NCBI GenBank assembly: GCA_040954595.2
Contig: CM082583.2
Coordinates: 8,914,254 to 8,978,253 of the forward strand
DNA from: Balanoglossus misakiensis
Taxonomy: Eukaryota > Animalia > Hemichordata
Direction of reading: 5' to 3'
Length of the DNA stretch: 64,000 bases
Made by a program: the position numbers and the translations under genes. Every line of letters begins with the position of its first letter. The stretch's first letter is position 1. Below the pieces are notes generated by a model that saw only the letters and a list, made by a program, of their open reading frames with translations, was not told where the DNA came from and did no database searches. This document shows positions 38,201 to 52,900 of this stretch, piece after piece.

Positions 38201-38388
38201 AGACGCTGGTCCGTATCTGCTGCTTACGCCAGTTTGGTCATCACCTTGCCAACCTGAAGACTGTCAACATCTATTATGATCAGGAGAAGAACCTGTTCCT
38301 GAGTCCATCCCATGGAGCGTCAGAGGGAGTGACGACAGAGCAAGAGACGGCTACGTTGGCAGACCTTGCAAGAGCACAAGTGAAAATG
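29274..38388 (+). CDS. SMG5: Nonsense-mediated decay factor SMG5 (EST1B), exons 1-14; C-terminal PIN-domain exons not found in the window
   Basis: Exons 29274-29347, 32171-32275, 32472-32595, 33407-33569, 33788-33880, 34093-34261, 34458-34583, 34875-35152, 35556-35702, 36041-36748, 37146-37303, 37483-37558, 37884-38065, 38203-38388 join in frame. Motifs TKRTYR, FQPENIALRNRLKELC..YGRKAEELLWRKVFYDVIQ, LECAYRTHL, CLVYLGDLARY, GMPHNQLGTL, FEGA.ANL.RLF, RLAPTF, LWSRLSVFLN and VRICCLRQFGH are SMG5-typical. Confidence 0.94.
35253..35841. mobile_element. Cluster of three related piggyBac-type MITEs around SMG5 exon 9
   Basis: Intact copy at 35426-35518 (TTAA-CCCTTTCACCCCCA...TGGTGGTGAAAGGG-TTAA); degenerate inverted copy at ~35253-35335; internally deleted inverted copy at 35767-35841 (TTAA...AAAGGG-TTAA). 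Confidence 0.75.
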
Positions 38389-38482
38389 GTAAGTTGCATC
38401 AACAATCCCCCCCCCCCTACACACATGCGCGCACAGCTTTTTATGTGAGTATTTTCCAGTATTCCATTTGACACCGGTAATG

Positions 38483-38583
38483 CAGTGAAACCTGTCTATT
38501 AAGGAGACCCAGGGACCTGAAAATCTATCCTGAACAGAGAGATGTCCAGATTAGAGAGGTGTCTGAATGACAGGTTTCACTAA
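38483..38583. mobile_element. ~100-bp Tc1/mariner(pogo)-like MITE
   Basis: TIR AGTGAAACCTGTC ... GACAGGTTTCACT with CAGT start; the TA TSD is eroded. Confidence 0.6.
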
Positions 38584-41500
38584 TTACACGTGTAAATGGA
38601 TTGCTGAAAACAAAAGCACTACATACAGTAACCCATGAGAGCAGTCTATCTGCTTACGCTTTTGCAGTGGCGACGACTGATATGCAAATAGGCTACGCAG
38701 TTATCTATTAAAATGATATGTAAATAAGATACTCGTGCACTGATGGGGGCGCTGTTCCTAGGGACCGTTAATTTTCTCTCGGTCTGTGGATAACCACAGT
38801 CTCATATGCAAGCCGTTAGCATTTCGACCTAATGTAAACTATCCCTCATCATTTCCTTTGTATGTTTTGTTATGGTCTGACCAGACGGCCAGACAGTAAA
38901 AAAAACTCAGGCAGTAAAAGTGAAAGTCGACCACCGTAAAAAAAAATCATTGCATGGGCAATGTAATCACCCTGAACAGTTTGAACAAATTCCCTCAGAG
39001 GATTTCAGAGTATACATGACCAAGTTTTGATTTAACGCAGAAATTTGTGGGCTGAGTCCCCTGCAATGCTGATGTTATAAATACTGTTGGTGGAACGCAG
39101 GTATCAAATCATGCTTAAATGTGCCGCAAATTCTCCAGGGAAATAACTGTAGCCTGCAGTGTTTAGTTATATTGAACAATTTGCCCATTTTATGGGCCTG
39201 TGTGATTCTAATAGGACACGGTACAGCTGTGCAGGAGGCTTGCCATTCCTTTTTTTTTCATCCCTGTGCTTTGCGTTTTAAAGCGGAGGAGAATGCCCAG
39301 ATTTTATGGCCAGTGTGTGATTACAGTTGCAATTTCTAGAGAGTTTATGGAGGATGAAATGGACCTTGTAAATTTCATTTGATAGGCCATAGCAGGTCAA
39401 CAGATTCGACTCTTAGAAATGTAACGAGAGGGCTCGGGCGACGTGGATTTATAATCCGGTGTTCATGCGCCGCATAGCCACTGTAATCATAACATTTATC
39501 TCCCAATCTCGGAAACTGCATCACGATTTTTTGTGTGCGTGTGTGTTTGTGTGTCGTCATGAACAATGCGAAGGGAATGGCGCTGTAAAACGCCGTCTGG
39601 AAGCGCAACGTTCGTACGCGGAAAGACACCGGTGGCGATCGTTTTACAGGAAGCGCATCGTTAGTCGCGAACACCAACGTGTTTCAATATCATTCCATCA
39701 ATGGGAGGAAGTATTTTGAAGAGGGCGATCAAAACTGGAGTAGAGTTTCAACCGTGTTTATCTAACTTGCTTTTTTTTATTGGGTTTCAATTTTTTTTGG
39801 AGTTGACCAGTGTTTGTACAAATTACAAAATACACAGGGAGATCTCCTTACACTGTGTGCGGGGTTTCGCAGAATTTCACAGCAGTCCTCGGCGCGGGTG
39901 AAATTGAGAGTTTCCTGCATGCAACATACGGTGTCTGCATATGTGCACATTGTTATCGTATTACAAATGTTTCTTTTTTTAAAATTCATCAAAGCTGCTT
40001 CACTAATCCTACTCCTCAATTGTCGTTCCCACTGCTGAGCATTAATAAGTATCAATCATCATATCACAATGGTGATAATGATGATATTGATAATGGTATT
40101 TACAAGTATTAATAGATAACCATTGTGAAAGGTTGGGGGGCTGGGTTGTGTACCAAAGAGGAAGGTCAATCAAGGTCACCAAATTGGCAGAGGCGTTCTT
40201 GACTAGTGAATTGAATTGTGAATTTAGCGGAAATGTATGTATGAAGTGTATTACCTCATTGAATCAAAGACATCAGTAACGGTGTGTGATGAATACTTAC
40301 GGGACCCCATCAGGTGAAAAAGTGTAACCGCACACGGACAGATATTAAGTTGACAGTTTGATCGTAGGATCAATTCTCAAATTCCCAATGATGTGTTTCC
40401 TGGAGACAAGCTGAAATCAATAGTGATAATGCGTGTGGTATTGAAATTTGAAACCAAGTTGTCATGTTGCTGATTTTTAATGTGGTGTGATTTATATCCA
40501 GTGTAATGGTAGCTGAGAAAACTGATCAGAAATCATACAACCGGCCATGAGTCATCAACTAGGGCACTGTCTCCTATCAAAAATTAATAACATACATTGT
40601 GGAGTTTTGAAATTGGTGGGTTGGTCCATCGGTCGGCAAGGGGAGAGACCGACACATTCAGCTTAAAAAAACAAGCGACACTGACACTTGAGAAATTTCA
40701 TCGTGCTATCGATCACTCTCCTGGAACTTATTATTAAAAAAAGCAGACAGAAGTTGATTTGTTGATCAAGCGCTCCTGTAGTGTTTGCCCGGTTGTCTGC
40801 GTATGTCGGCAATAAAAAGTGAATTATGTATTTTCACAATACTTGTATCCCCATGATGTCTGACGGCAATAAAAGTTTTGGTGCGGGCACGTCAAGTGTT
40901 TGGAATAAACGATGATGGCAGGATAGCTTGTGTACATCCTTCATTGAATGTATAAGATCCGGAGAATTTATTTGATATCATTATATGCTTTTAGAGTGTC
41001 TTCACCAAGTTCATGAACGCGCAACTTCGTGACGAAATCATGTGATTAAATGTTTGTGTACGTCAGCACTGTATCAGACCAGAAATTCAGCATAACTCAG
41101 TATCACTTTTCCCCACCCCCTTCATCCCAGCCAGAAAGAGAAAAAAATACTAAATCAGAGTTAATTTTGCTAGCAGATGTTGCATCTTCCCTCTAACCAG
41201 CGACGCAGCTTAAAGTGGTCGCTATAATCCCAGCCGCGCGAAATTCTGAATAATGGCCGGAATTATTGTCATGTGCCCCCGTGAATAAAACATCCCGGCT
41301 TTGTAATCAAATAATTATTCCTTTCTGTTCATGCTACTAATCTGGATAAATGTCAGTTTCTTTTCAGTTTTATTTATTCATCGATTGAATAATTTATGGT
41401 GCACAGTGTTTTATGTTTTGATCGAAGTCTGCCGGGGGTCCTTTCCTTTTGATTCGACGATGTACACTGCTGTGTGCGACAGCTGAGGCAAAAAATAAAT

Positions 41501-43079
41501 ATTGGAACGCTCTGTGCCAAGTGCTGTCAAATGATTATTGCACTGTAGTCTCTCTCTCTCTCTTTTATGTTTGGGCGATAATTAGATCAGACATCAACTC
41601 ATAAAAATTGTACTGGGAACCAAAAAGTGTGATTTCGGCAGGGAGAGCAGGGGTTATATCCGTGTGATCGATGTTTGTTGAATACACAAACACGAAGGCG
41701 GCAGATTTGTCTGATCCGGTGTAGGATGAGATACGTGGCCGGATCAACGATGATAGTAAGATTAGGTAGTTTTTTATCCGGGATTTGTGTAACAGATAGG
41801 GGTTTGTAATACGCGCATGCATGTGAGTTTCATGCCCGCGTCTGCAAAGTAGGCCCGCAGAAAATTTGCGATGAAAGCTGCGTTTTTAAACACAGGATCA
41901 GTGAAAGTACATGTAGATAGCGAGATGTGGATTTCCCCCGCGAGGTGTTGATGTGTACACCTTTCGCAGGGAGTAGGCTGGTTGTTCAGGATCTGCCCTG
42001 AAACGTACGCGGTGTTATCAATCCTCTTAACAGGTGTAATATCATGTGGTGCATCAGAGCCAGAGTTTAGGGGTGGGGTAGGAGGGGGGTTGTCTGGCCA
42101 ACTTATTTGCTGTATAATTCGGTAGATTTCCCTACACATGTTCTGGATAAAGGCGGGTGCTACTGCTGAGCATTGTGACAACCACGGCATCAGCAGTGGA
42201 CCTCCCACCCCCCACCCAACCCTGATAAATATTTCATCTGTATTAAAACTCCGTCGTAGCGCCCTGCAGTAATTAATTGCTTTGTTGAAACCATCTGCCC
42301 AAACAGTCCCCAGTGGCCCCATCACCGTAATCCCATATTTCTCCGCGATGAGGCACCCTAAAGCAAAAATAAAACATAGGATATATTATATCTACACAGG
42401 TGACGGCTGCATTTCATATAATCATCCGTAAAAAAAAAATGATATAATATCATCACAAATGAGAAATTTATGACTTCGGTAATTCCTGCATGATCGAACG
42501 TTATTTTTTCGACCGCGCGGCGATGAATGCCCCCTGTTGTGTTTTTACTCACGATCCCGGCGTCAAAATGAAAGGTAACAGGCAATGGCGGAAAAAAAAT
42601 GATTTGATGAATATTGTGTTAAAGTGTATATTATAGACAGTAATTGATGGAGCTGCCTGAGGCAGTCTCTCTGTAATGGCCAATCCCAGGACACCCAGGT
42701 TAGTAATTAAACTTTATGAAAATTTGCCACTCTTCAGAGCGCGGTTCAATACCGTCCCAGTGGGTGTCATCCCTGCCCAGCTAATGTAATGGAGTCATTG
42801 TATTTCTGTGTCTTCGAAGAGAAATGTGTATTCTTGTCTGTGTAGGTATGCTATGTTACATTGGCTGTTTCTTTTTTGTCATTGTAGTTCCAATGAGTAA
42901 TAAAAAAAGGCTGCATTGTATTCGTTGTATACACACCTAATTTTACTTTGTTGGTAGATTGTCACACAAGAAAATTGTCCCTCAATTTATTTTATTTTTT
43001 GGAGGGGGGGGGGGGGGCAAAGAGAAGAGACATCGCCCATTTTTCGCATAGCCATGTCTTCAATATTTTCTATATCCCA

Positions 43080-43110
<31 letters not shown>

Positions 43111-46100
43111 AAGTATGTTCAGTGTTAATTGCCAGAGACATCTTTACATTTTCTGTATAACTTCTAGAATGTCATCATAGCTGAAAATGGAGAAGTTGAC
43201 ATAACCATTGATACGTGTGATTAATATATCAAATAACTGTACACACAAGTGATCTCATCATGAGATCAAAGGGATCATAAGGTCACCATTGTGCCCTGTT
43301 GGGCCTCCTAATCTATAAAATGTATCAAATTCCTTAAATCAATAACAATTACGTCAACTAATAAATTTTAATACCCACCACGCCACTTGTTGACGTGAAT
43401 ATTTAAAATAAGATGAAAAGTTATGTAGCATTATGTTCTGGCAAAACTGTTTTTATTCAATAAAAAGTCCATAAAGTTCCTTATAGACTACCAATGTAAA
43501 AAGATCTCTATAAAATGTATTTAATGGAAATTGATTTTTTTTTAAATTCTCATAACCTGGAAGCGATTCGCTTGTTTATAGTTCATGAGAGGTGTATATT
43601 TTCATGGCATGTGACTGGTTGCTTACTCAGGTGTCGTGGGTTTCGAGTGTTTTGATGTGTGCAGAGTTGTTTAAGCGCGCGGCTTTCGTCTATATCATCC
43701 GAACATTTCCCTCTGGCAGAAAGAAGCGAGCTAAAGCCGCCGCGAAGGGCACTGCAAACAACGTTCGCGAACTGATCTCTCTTTGTAAGTCAGAGTTTAA
43801 AGTGAACAGACCCCACTCGAAAAAGAAAAAGAAAAAAAACGCGGCAGCTATTTCTCACACTGAAGTGTCAGCCTGTCAGATAAACTGTGGATATCGATTG
43901 GTGATTGCGTGTTGGCAAACTTCGCGCCTTGAAGATTAAGTCAACAGGGCCCCGGGGATAATCATGAAATATACGACCTCTAAAAAGGAAATCAAACAAG
44001 CGCAACAGACCGACACAGAAATGTACAGCTGTTTACATGTACACAGTACTTTGGTGATACCAGCAACCGACTGGTATTGTCGATTTCAACCGCGGATCAT
44101 GCGGCGATCATGTGACCGGTTCCTCCCCTAGTTCTGTGTACACAGGAGGAAATGTCTGATCCAGGGACATTATTCTTCATTTGCTGGATTATTGTGTAGT
44201 GATCATTGCTTTGTGGTGTTTAGATTAGATGTCTTGCTTGGGGTAAATCTTGTGGTTATCTGTCATTCACCTGATTAAGCAACCCCCCAACAGTTTCGGG
44301 TGTTTGTTTGGATAGCTATGGTCCTCCAAGTCTGTCCAGAACACCTGTTTTATTAGCAGAATCTGTCTGCATGAAAGTTTAATACTTTGGGTAAGGGTCT
44401 GGTAACCCCAGATTCAGACAGGGATTTCTCCGCCGTAAACATAAATTTTAGGGAGGGATACAACATTGAAGGAGGTTCTCACTTAAAAACGAAATCAAAA
44501 ACAAACAAAGCGCAGAATCAATGTTTGCGGAATAGTTGCAAAGCGAAAAGCGTGGAATACAGTTTTATTGTAAGAGTGAGATTTATTTCTGTTCCATGGC
44601 TGCGATATTGTTGTGGATTTCAAGACAGGTTTGATGTAGCGGCTATGAAATGACTTGTTGTATGATGCAGTTTGCATCGGCGGATTAAGATGAAACAATC
44701 CAACTATAGTTGACGTGACACAGAAGTTTGCTGTGCCCAGTGCTGATAAAATAATAACGCCATTATGCGGGACGACCTCAGGGTCAGCAAAATACCTGAA
44801 ATTAATTGTTGCACACCCCTTCTGAAAAGTTGACTTTGATTTAAGCAATGTGTGCCAACCTGTTGAGAAAAAAAAATGCGTTCTGTGCATGTCAAAACAA
44901 AAACCCAGATTAAAGCTTAAAATCCCTCTTCTGTTTTTCGCAAGTGGCATATGTCGTAGCACAGGAGAGTGCCTGTTTAAACCCGACCCCAGCAACAGTG
45001 ACTCATAGTATAGTATCTGACCAAATTCTGACACTCCCTAAAACTTTACAAACTGCAGCTTTTAAAAAAAAATACACCACCGCACGATTGTCATCATGAT
45101 AACTGCCCGACCTTCGACCTCTCCTCCAATTCGGTTCTTATCGCGACCATTAAGGTGGGTTCTATGCCCGATAAAAACATTTTTCAAGCCATGAATTTAT
45201 AGTTATTCTTAACTAAACATCACATGCATACTAGGGAGATAAGATAAAAAAAAGAGGCTTATCTTCATCTGTGTAAAGTATGCCACTGAGTGGATTGTTC
45301 AAACCAGACCGAGATAACTGCTATAGGGGATATCTGATAAGATTACCTATAATTTTCGGGGTTGTTTTGACAAGGTACAGCTAAACAGGATTGTTATCAG
45401 CTTGTTATTGATTTTTTTCTTTCTTTTGAGAAGCGGCAAGGACTAGTCGATGATGCAATCGCTATGTCGATAACCAAAGGTGCTTCTGAGTGAATTTTAA
45501 CCCGCTTTGGTGGTTTCATAATGAACAAACCTACGTCATAAATATGAGTATGTGTAAAATGAGCTGATGTATATCATTTGTGCTATAACTACACCATACT
45601 TGTCTTGTGTATCAGTTATGGTTTCTACTTAAATTTTTGGTGCATACCAATAAGTGCGCCCTCGACGTATGAAATGATCTCGCATAACTGATGTGTCAAC
45701 AAGATTCAGTGATCAATACTGTGTCCATAACTGGTGAAACAAAAAGTAACCAAAATGTTGAGTCAAAAACTTCCCACATAAAAAAATAAAATATTGCCAA
45801 AACTGAGTTTGCTTTCCCTTTAACATCAACATTTACATCATTCTGAAACCACAATAGGCAAAAAGTTAAATGGATGAGCTCAAGAAATTTTACTGAGTGA
45901 AGTGTTTTTAGGTTAGAGTTTACGTGATAAAAGTAATTGAACAATGACTAATTCATGGACGGATTTGCACCCAAATTTAGTTCAGCCAAACCTTAGTATT
46001 AAAAATCCATCGATCCCCTCCCTTGATAATTCAGGTTTGCGATACCGAAGTAATAACAGGCTAATCTTATCTGACATTTAGTATCTGAGTGAATTTTTCA

Positions 46101-46950
46101 GTTGTCTTTATCCGAACACGTCAAACAGCTAATCAGTGTGTAGGTGTGGGACCAGGGGTGTGCGATAAACACGTCTTTATTGTGGTTCAAAGTTTACCGT
46201 ATCACCATCGGTTACTTGAGAGTACGGGTTGATACAACAGTGGTTGGCCACTTTGTCTGCCAAGTGCAATTGTTTGGTCTTCGACGGTTCTGTCACAGTT
46301 TTTGACTCTTTGTAGTGAAAGGGTGACAGCTACTCGAGGGTGTACTGACACTCTTGTGGATTGATCTTGAATCTTTGAATAAACAGTTGAGTGTTGTGAA
46401 TGCTGTTGATTCAGTCACACGATTTCCAACCAAAAAGAATGGAAACATGTGTTTGTTCTTGAACGTTGTACTGGTGCTATCAGATGCTGTGATCGCACGG
46501 TGTACTCTACACAGCCCACTGTTTTTGTCTCTTGACATCTGCATTTGTTTGTTTGGGAGTCTGATCTTCGACCTCATTGAAGGAGGAGAATGATGGTGAT
46601 GATGACCTGGGAGTATTGTTATGATGATGGGTGCAGTGGTTTTGGTGGTCGTGATGGTGATGGTGGTGATGATGATGATTAAATGGGGGGCATGTATGAA
46701 TTTATGAAAAGTTTATATTGACTTAATCTTATCAATTACATCTCCCAGTCTTGCACACCCATCATTTATCATTATTGAAGCGTGTGACCATGCAACATAC
46801 AAGGTAAATATAGTTTGCTATAAGATGATATGTCTTATAACCCAGAACCTGATACTTATCACTTTATATTTGATTTAGCGACTAGGGCTGTCAGTTTGTT
46901 TGTACAGAAGTTGAGGCCAAAGGATATCGTGCACATGGATATCTCTTTTA

Positions 46951-46981
<31 letters not shown>

Positions 46982-49900
46982 CCCCTCCTGTAGCTGTCTC
47001 TTCTCTTCCCTCCCCCTAGAGTGTATATAACACTGCCTTGAACCCTATTTTCCGGTAAACCTAAGCATGTACCTGTCTTTGTATTATTAAAGAGTTTGCG
47101 GTTATTCATCATGATGGTGACTGATACCCATGCTATCGTGATAATATCTTGACCGCAGATGTACCTGGCTGGCAGTGCATTCACCGTAGCAATCTAGAGA
47201 ATCTCTCGGCTTGATGGGAGGTGGGGGGGGGGGGGGAGTGCGGAGTCTAGCCATATGTATACAGAATGTGAAACATGAGGAAAGGATAAAGAAAAAGAAA
47301 AATTGGCCCATATTTGTTTCGTTATACAATGTGAGTTCATGCATGGCATTCGTGGTGTTTGAGCATGTCATGTTATGGCCGGAAAACATACTGTGAAAAA
47401 GTTTTGCTTTTCAGCTTTTTTTTTTTATCAATCTCTGCTTGACCGTTTAACGGTATCCCCCCGTCTATTAAAACAACCCCAAGCCTTCAATGGTGTGCTT
47501 TGGCCGCAATACATCCAGCGTTATTGACCAACGAGCATGGTATGATGACCTGTATAGATAACACCTGTGTTCAATAAACACTTGAACTGAAGAGGGGGGT
47601 ATTGGGTGGGTGGGGGGGGGGGGGGTGTCGTGTTTGGAGTGGTTCCGTTTGAAGACTAATGTCCGCGTCACATGAACCAATTCAGTGCTGGGTCGCAGGT
47701 CAGCGTATAAATGTGTCAGACAAGGTGTTGATAAATTTTATTTTGGGTTGGGCAGTTTTTTTATATCGACAAGTGGTTCTCCTTCGGTGCTCTTTGCTCT
47801 GGGTTTTATCACCCCACCCAGTAATGCTAAGAGCGGAGAGGTGTTCTTTATGATCTGGGTTGAAGGGGTTAATTTTGGCCTCCATGGTTCTGCCAAGGTG
47901 ATGCAATAATATTCAAAATAGCGATCACCTGGTATCAGGATAGTTGTTATTAAGGGGATAGCCAACAATTCACATCGCTAGGCAACAGTCGTGGATTTGC
48001 GTGTAGTGTTCTTTTTTTTGAAGCTCAAATTGGCGGCCTGGCCCCGTTTGTTGCACACCGCCATCACCAACCAGCGGCTGGCTGGGTAGCAGGTGTCTGC
48101 CTCTCCCATATCAAATTTAAATCCAATAAAATACCTACAGTGGTAAACACAGGCAAAGTACACAGCGCCCGGGACAAATAGGTGGTGTTCAAGCACCCTG
48201 TGCAAACACTTCAGCCGAAGGCAAACACACTCAGGGCTATTTTTATTGAGCATTTCTGACAAGTGCAGATATCTAGAAGATAATCCATTCTTAATTAAAG
48301 ATAAACAATGATGATAAGGAGGGCCATTTTTATCATAACTACCCCAGAGTAGATTGGAGTCAATATTTGAGCAGTTGCCAAGAAATTCATTGGGGGTTGC
48401 AACACAATGGGGCGCAGTCATCGCCAGATAGACCACAGGTGAATGAGGCCAATCGGCAAATATTGACACAGGAGATAAATGGCTTCTCAATGCCAAATGT
48501 TTGTCCACCCGGAGAGCACAAAGCACTAACATTGGGCCAGGCTTTAATGGATTTGCTGTTTTGGAGGGGGTACTTTGCTCTCAGCCAGACTTAAGATAAC
48601 GTGTTTATTTGAACAAATTAATAACTGCACTGACAGACAAGCCCCTGTTTGGTCTTCAAATGCCACTTTAGACCTGCCTATCAGCCGTCGCTAAGGAAGT
48701 TGCCATACTCCACAAGTATCTAATCGCCCGGTTGCCAAGGGACGGTGGATGGGTTCCAGCTTGTGTATACTTGTATCAAATAGCTATTGCTTGTTTGACT
48801 ACTACTGCAGGGAACAAGTTTGAACAATTCTCCTCTTGTTATTAAAAAAAACACAGAAAGAGCAGGGTGTGAATCACTGGTGGACACAAAAATGTACCGC
48901 TAATAATCTGTGATAAATTTCTGTGGATAAAACAACAAACAAGGGGAAGATGGTAGTGACAGAAAAATTGTAACACCATCAATCAGTGATTCATTGGAGG
49001 GATAAAAAATGTTAAACCTCTACAAGGGAAACAGTTTGAAATTAATTATCAGGGCGTCGATTTTTTACATTTCTCTGATTACATCTCTACACAACATACT
49101 TGAAAGGCTTCGCGTTGTTCAGGAACTTCAAAAAAGAAGGAAACAAGTCTTTGAAGTGTTTTGTTTTTCAGCGCTTTTCTCATCAGACAAGATCACCACA
49201 CATACTGTGTCAAAACAAAATTAAAATACAAAATATAAGTATGTTTTTTTTATAGTTCAGTTGGAAATAAATGCTACAAATAATTGTCAGCCTGTAAACA
49301 AATATTGACAGAGGCAAAATTCACATATTTAAGATAAAATACCTGAATCTGTAATATTTAATATTGAGAAGTGTTTTGTGACTGATGTAGTCCCCTCATT
49401 TTGAACGAAGTAGAAATGCCCCTCCGCTTCATGCTGTCCCTCCCGCCACGAAATGACACAGACCCAGTTGGGGGATCAGATATCACAAACTAATACCTTG
49501 TGTGGTTCCACCTGCAGTAACCTTTATGGCAAATAAACGACAAATATGCCAGAAATTTATGAGTGTTTGCAGAGCTCTTTGAAGTGTTTCAGGTATTATG
49601 CCAGTGCATTGTATTTCATTGTGCGGGTCTGGCCCCACATTTCATTGTTTGTAAGTACCAAGCGGGGATCCGGAGCAATGGATGGCTGCGTGCCGAGCCA
49701 GGAATGTCTGTGAAAAAAGCAAGGATGCTTACCTGCCACAGTTGGGGGTGGGGCTTATACCCTGCTTTTTGGTTTAATGAGTAATCTTCTAGTCCAACAC
49801 TGGCAGAAGTGTGTTTACACTTCAAACACTTAAATCACAGCGCATAGTGACAAGTTACACAAACTGCCAACCCCAATCAGCTAGTTACTTGTTTGAACAA

Positions 49901-52900
49901 GGCCCCCAAGGCATGTTGACAGAGCTGGGCCAGCTGTCTGGATATTGTGTAAAGTCAAACATTGTCCTCTGTTAGCAAAGCACACACGGCACACTGCCAG
50001 TATATATACACACTCACTCAGACAGCCCATCGCCTCGTTTTTTTTATTTCAAATAAAATAATGAAAAGTACGTCCTGGAAACATGTCTGTTGGTTAAGAA
50101 CATACGAGTGGAGATCAACATTTGCCGATGGAATTGTACACACGGGCAAAGAGCGCTCCACTCTGCTTAAACACCGAGTTGGGGCTCCTCATCTAATGTG
50201 TGTGCTCTGCTCTGTGGAGAGCCATTAGGCCCTTGTTGAAAAGTGGACATCCTATTTGCTCTCTCGTATATCACCTTTCGAAAGGTGACCAACCTTCCAA
50301 GTGCTACTTCTCTGCCCCCTCGCCGTTTCCACTGGTGTTTGTGCACGTTTCTAGAAGAAAAAAAATCGCACCCTGTTCAAACACACAAGAGTAGGGGCTG
50401 CTCTGGTTTTTTTTTCAAAAAAAAAAAGAAAAATGCCACCCTGTTTTCCGTGTTGTTTTACATTCTCATTCACGGCGAACGTTTCTAGTGTTTACGCACG
50501 CTGTTCTCAGACTAAGTTGGCAGTTGTACAAGTTTGTTTTAAACCATCAACCCTCATGTTTCTTCAAGGATCCGAGCAAAAGCAGGCGTGTGCGATGAAT
50601 TTTAAGTTGCTGATGCAGGGCGTTCCTTGTTCTCCCCCCCCCCCCCCCCCAAGATTTTAAATGCATTAATCACAGCCTTTTTCTGTTTATCAACTCGATA
50701 CAGTCTGTGTCACTCTCATCAACACTCCTGTTTAATATTCTAGAATTTTCGAGATGAGACTTTATGCCAGTGTTCATTTAAACAGAGTAACTCTATACAC
50801 AGGTTGTAGCATAGGTCTGGTCTCTGAAGGACACAGTATGAACTGAAAAGCCATGTGTAATATCCTCGTTCATCTGTGAACTCTCTCATCTCGGAAGATA
50901 TATGGTATGTTGTTGGGAGAGTCTTCTAAATTTGACGAAAACATTTTGATATGTTTGTCAGTAAACATACTGCTAGTTAAATATGATTGGGAGACATTGC
51001 AATATAAACACCAATGGTCATTGGCCATATTTTCATTTCTGTGTTAAAGTATGCTGTGTCCTTCATGATTCTGATAGAGTGGTGACATTGTACCAATATT
51101 TGGATACGGCTAAGAATCATGGCAACAATGTCCTTAACCCGCTCTCTTTTTCAATTTTGTGGACCGGTGGTAGTTTAACTGTCAAGTGTTTGCTCATATG
51201 TTTCTGAGAGAAGCCTTCACACCAGTGGCTATCAGACATTGTCATCTGTCTTGCTTGAAACAAGCAAAAATGTCTCTTGTGACACAAAAAAGATGCCCTC
51301 TAGTGATGACCTCTTCTACTTCCATTGTTTACTAATGACCATTTCGAGATTACTTTTGGGGAAGGGTATTGGAAATATTTGAAAAAAATAAATATGCTAT
51401 TCCTCCATAAGGATATCGATGGGTCTAGATGGCTTGTGAGTGAGGAATGAGAAACATTTATCCTGGAGAAGGATCATTTGCAATTTCATCTATCGCACGT
51501 TTTTCGGTCGTTATTTAAAGTAGTCACGGCACACCAAATGTAACAAGGTGTCTCTTATCACAAAACTGATAGCACGTTTGTTTTCTGTCTGTTTGGTTGG
51601 CTGCCATTTTTTTCTTACATTAGTAACCACTGAAACCACCCAGCCTTGATTTCTAATCACCCATGGCATTGAAAAGAGATAATCTAATCGGATGAGTAAC
51701 AATGTGATCTGATTACTGGCGGGACAGTTAGAATAAACAGTGGACATGGCAATGATATCAGTTAAACTTGTGTATTTAAAGAGTGCCTAAGGTCAGGTGA
51801 AAACTAAATTACTTTTCAGGGTGTTTTTTTACCATAGCTTTGATGTCAGACTATGAGTTAGTCATGACCTGGTTTACAGAGAATTTTAGCACGGTATCCT
51901 CAACAGAGGACTGAAAAAAATGTTTAGAGTATGGTAGAGAGGTTTTCAGGTTAAACAGGGTTATTTTAGTTGCGACAGGTTTTAATATAATGGTAGCAAG
52001 TGTCACTTTGGCTCATCCTGTCATTATTTTAACACCCTCTTCCCAAAACTTGATTGCTACCTTCCTCTCCCCCCCTAAAAAACCAACAAAAAAAACAAGC
52101 CAAAACCACACAGACCAAAAAACCAACACCCACAGACAGAAATGTTGCAAGCAGACCAGACTGACACCATCAAATATCCACCACAGTTTCAGGTTTTATC
52201 TCCCCAATGCCTGTGTGTTTATCCCTTCCACAAACTTGCCAGGAGGGAATAGGATAATATGACTAGCATATCAGGACAAATAAACAGACCTGTCACAGAT
52301 CAGGGGACAAATATTTGGCGCGGGCAAATAAACCAACCTTGGGGCCAAAACCAAAACAGTTGTGCTGGGGACAGATAGCCACCCACCCACCGGCAGACCA
52401 GCCAGCAGCCTGCGAGGCCATAAATTGGCCGCTTGTTTATTTTCCCTTCCCACTTCCTCATTAAATTATTCCCATGTTGCCCGAGTAAAAATACACCAAT
52501 TTGCCAGTGGATTCTTTCATGTCACCCAGCAGCTTGGGCGGTGTCGGTTTCATATGGAGCTCTTATCAGATTGCCCTGGTCCCCCCCCCCCCCTCCTCCC
52601 CTCCAACCTTTCAGCCACCCACTGTCTGTAATCCTAATCGCATTTCACAACTCACAACGAACAATTAGCAGAAGATAAGCAAGTGTTACATAAACATAAA
52701 TGTTTCATAAATCCTGCACAGGCATGTTTGTTTTTGTTGTTAGGGTTTTTCCCATGTATTAAGATTACAAAACTGTTTGTATAAGCAACTGGTGTGTGAT
52801 AACTTCATTGATTGCTGTGGTGACCTTTGTCCCCATAAATATGATTGCATTTAATAATATCTCCGGATTTGAATTTCAGTGAAAAATCATCAAAAATCAA

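Noticed and set aside
39280-39339. AEENAQ... segment as the missing next SMG5 exon
   Set aside because: The nearest AG gives the wrong phase and the sequence does not continue as RRNRLMRDMAQLRL.
41774-48532. ~180-aa minus-strand ORFs (41774-42325, 44495-45034, 47978-48532)
   Set aside because: Random-looking composition, no recognisable domains and no consistent splice structure.
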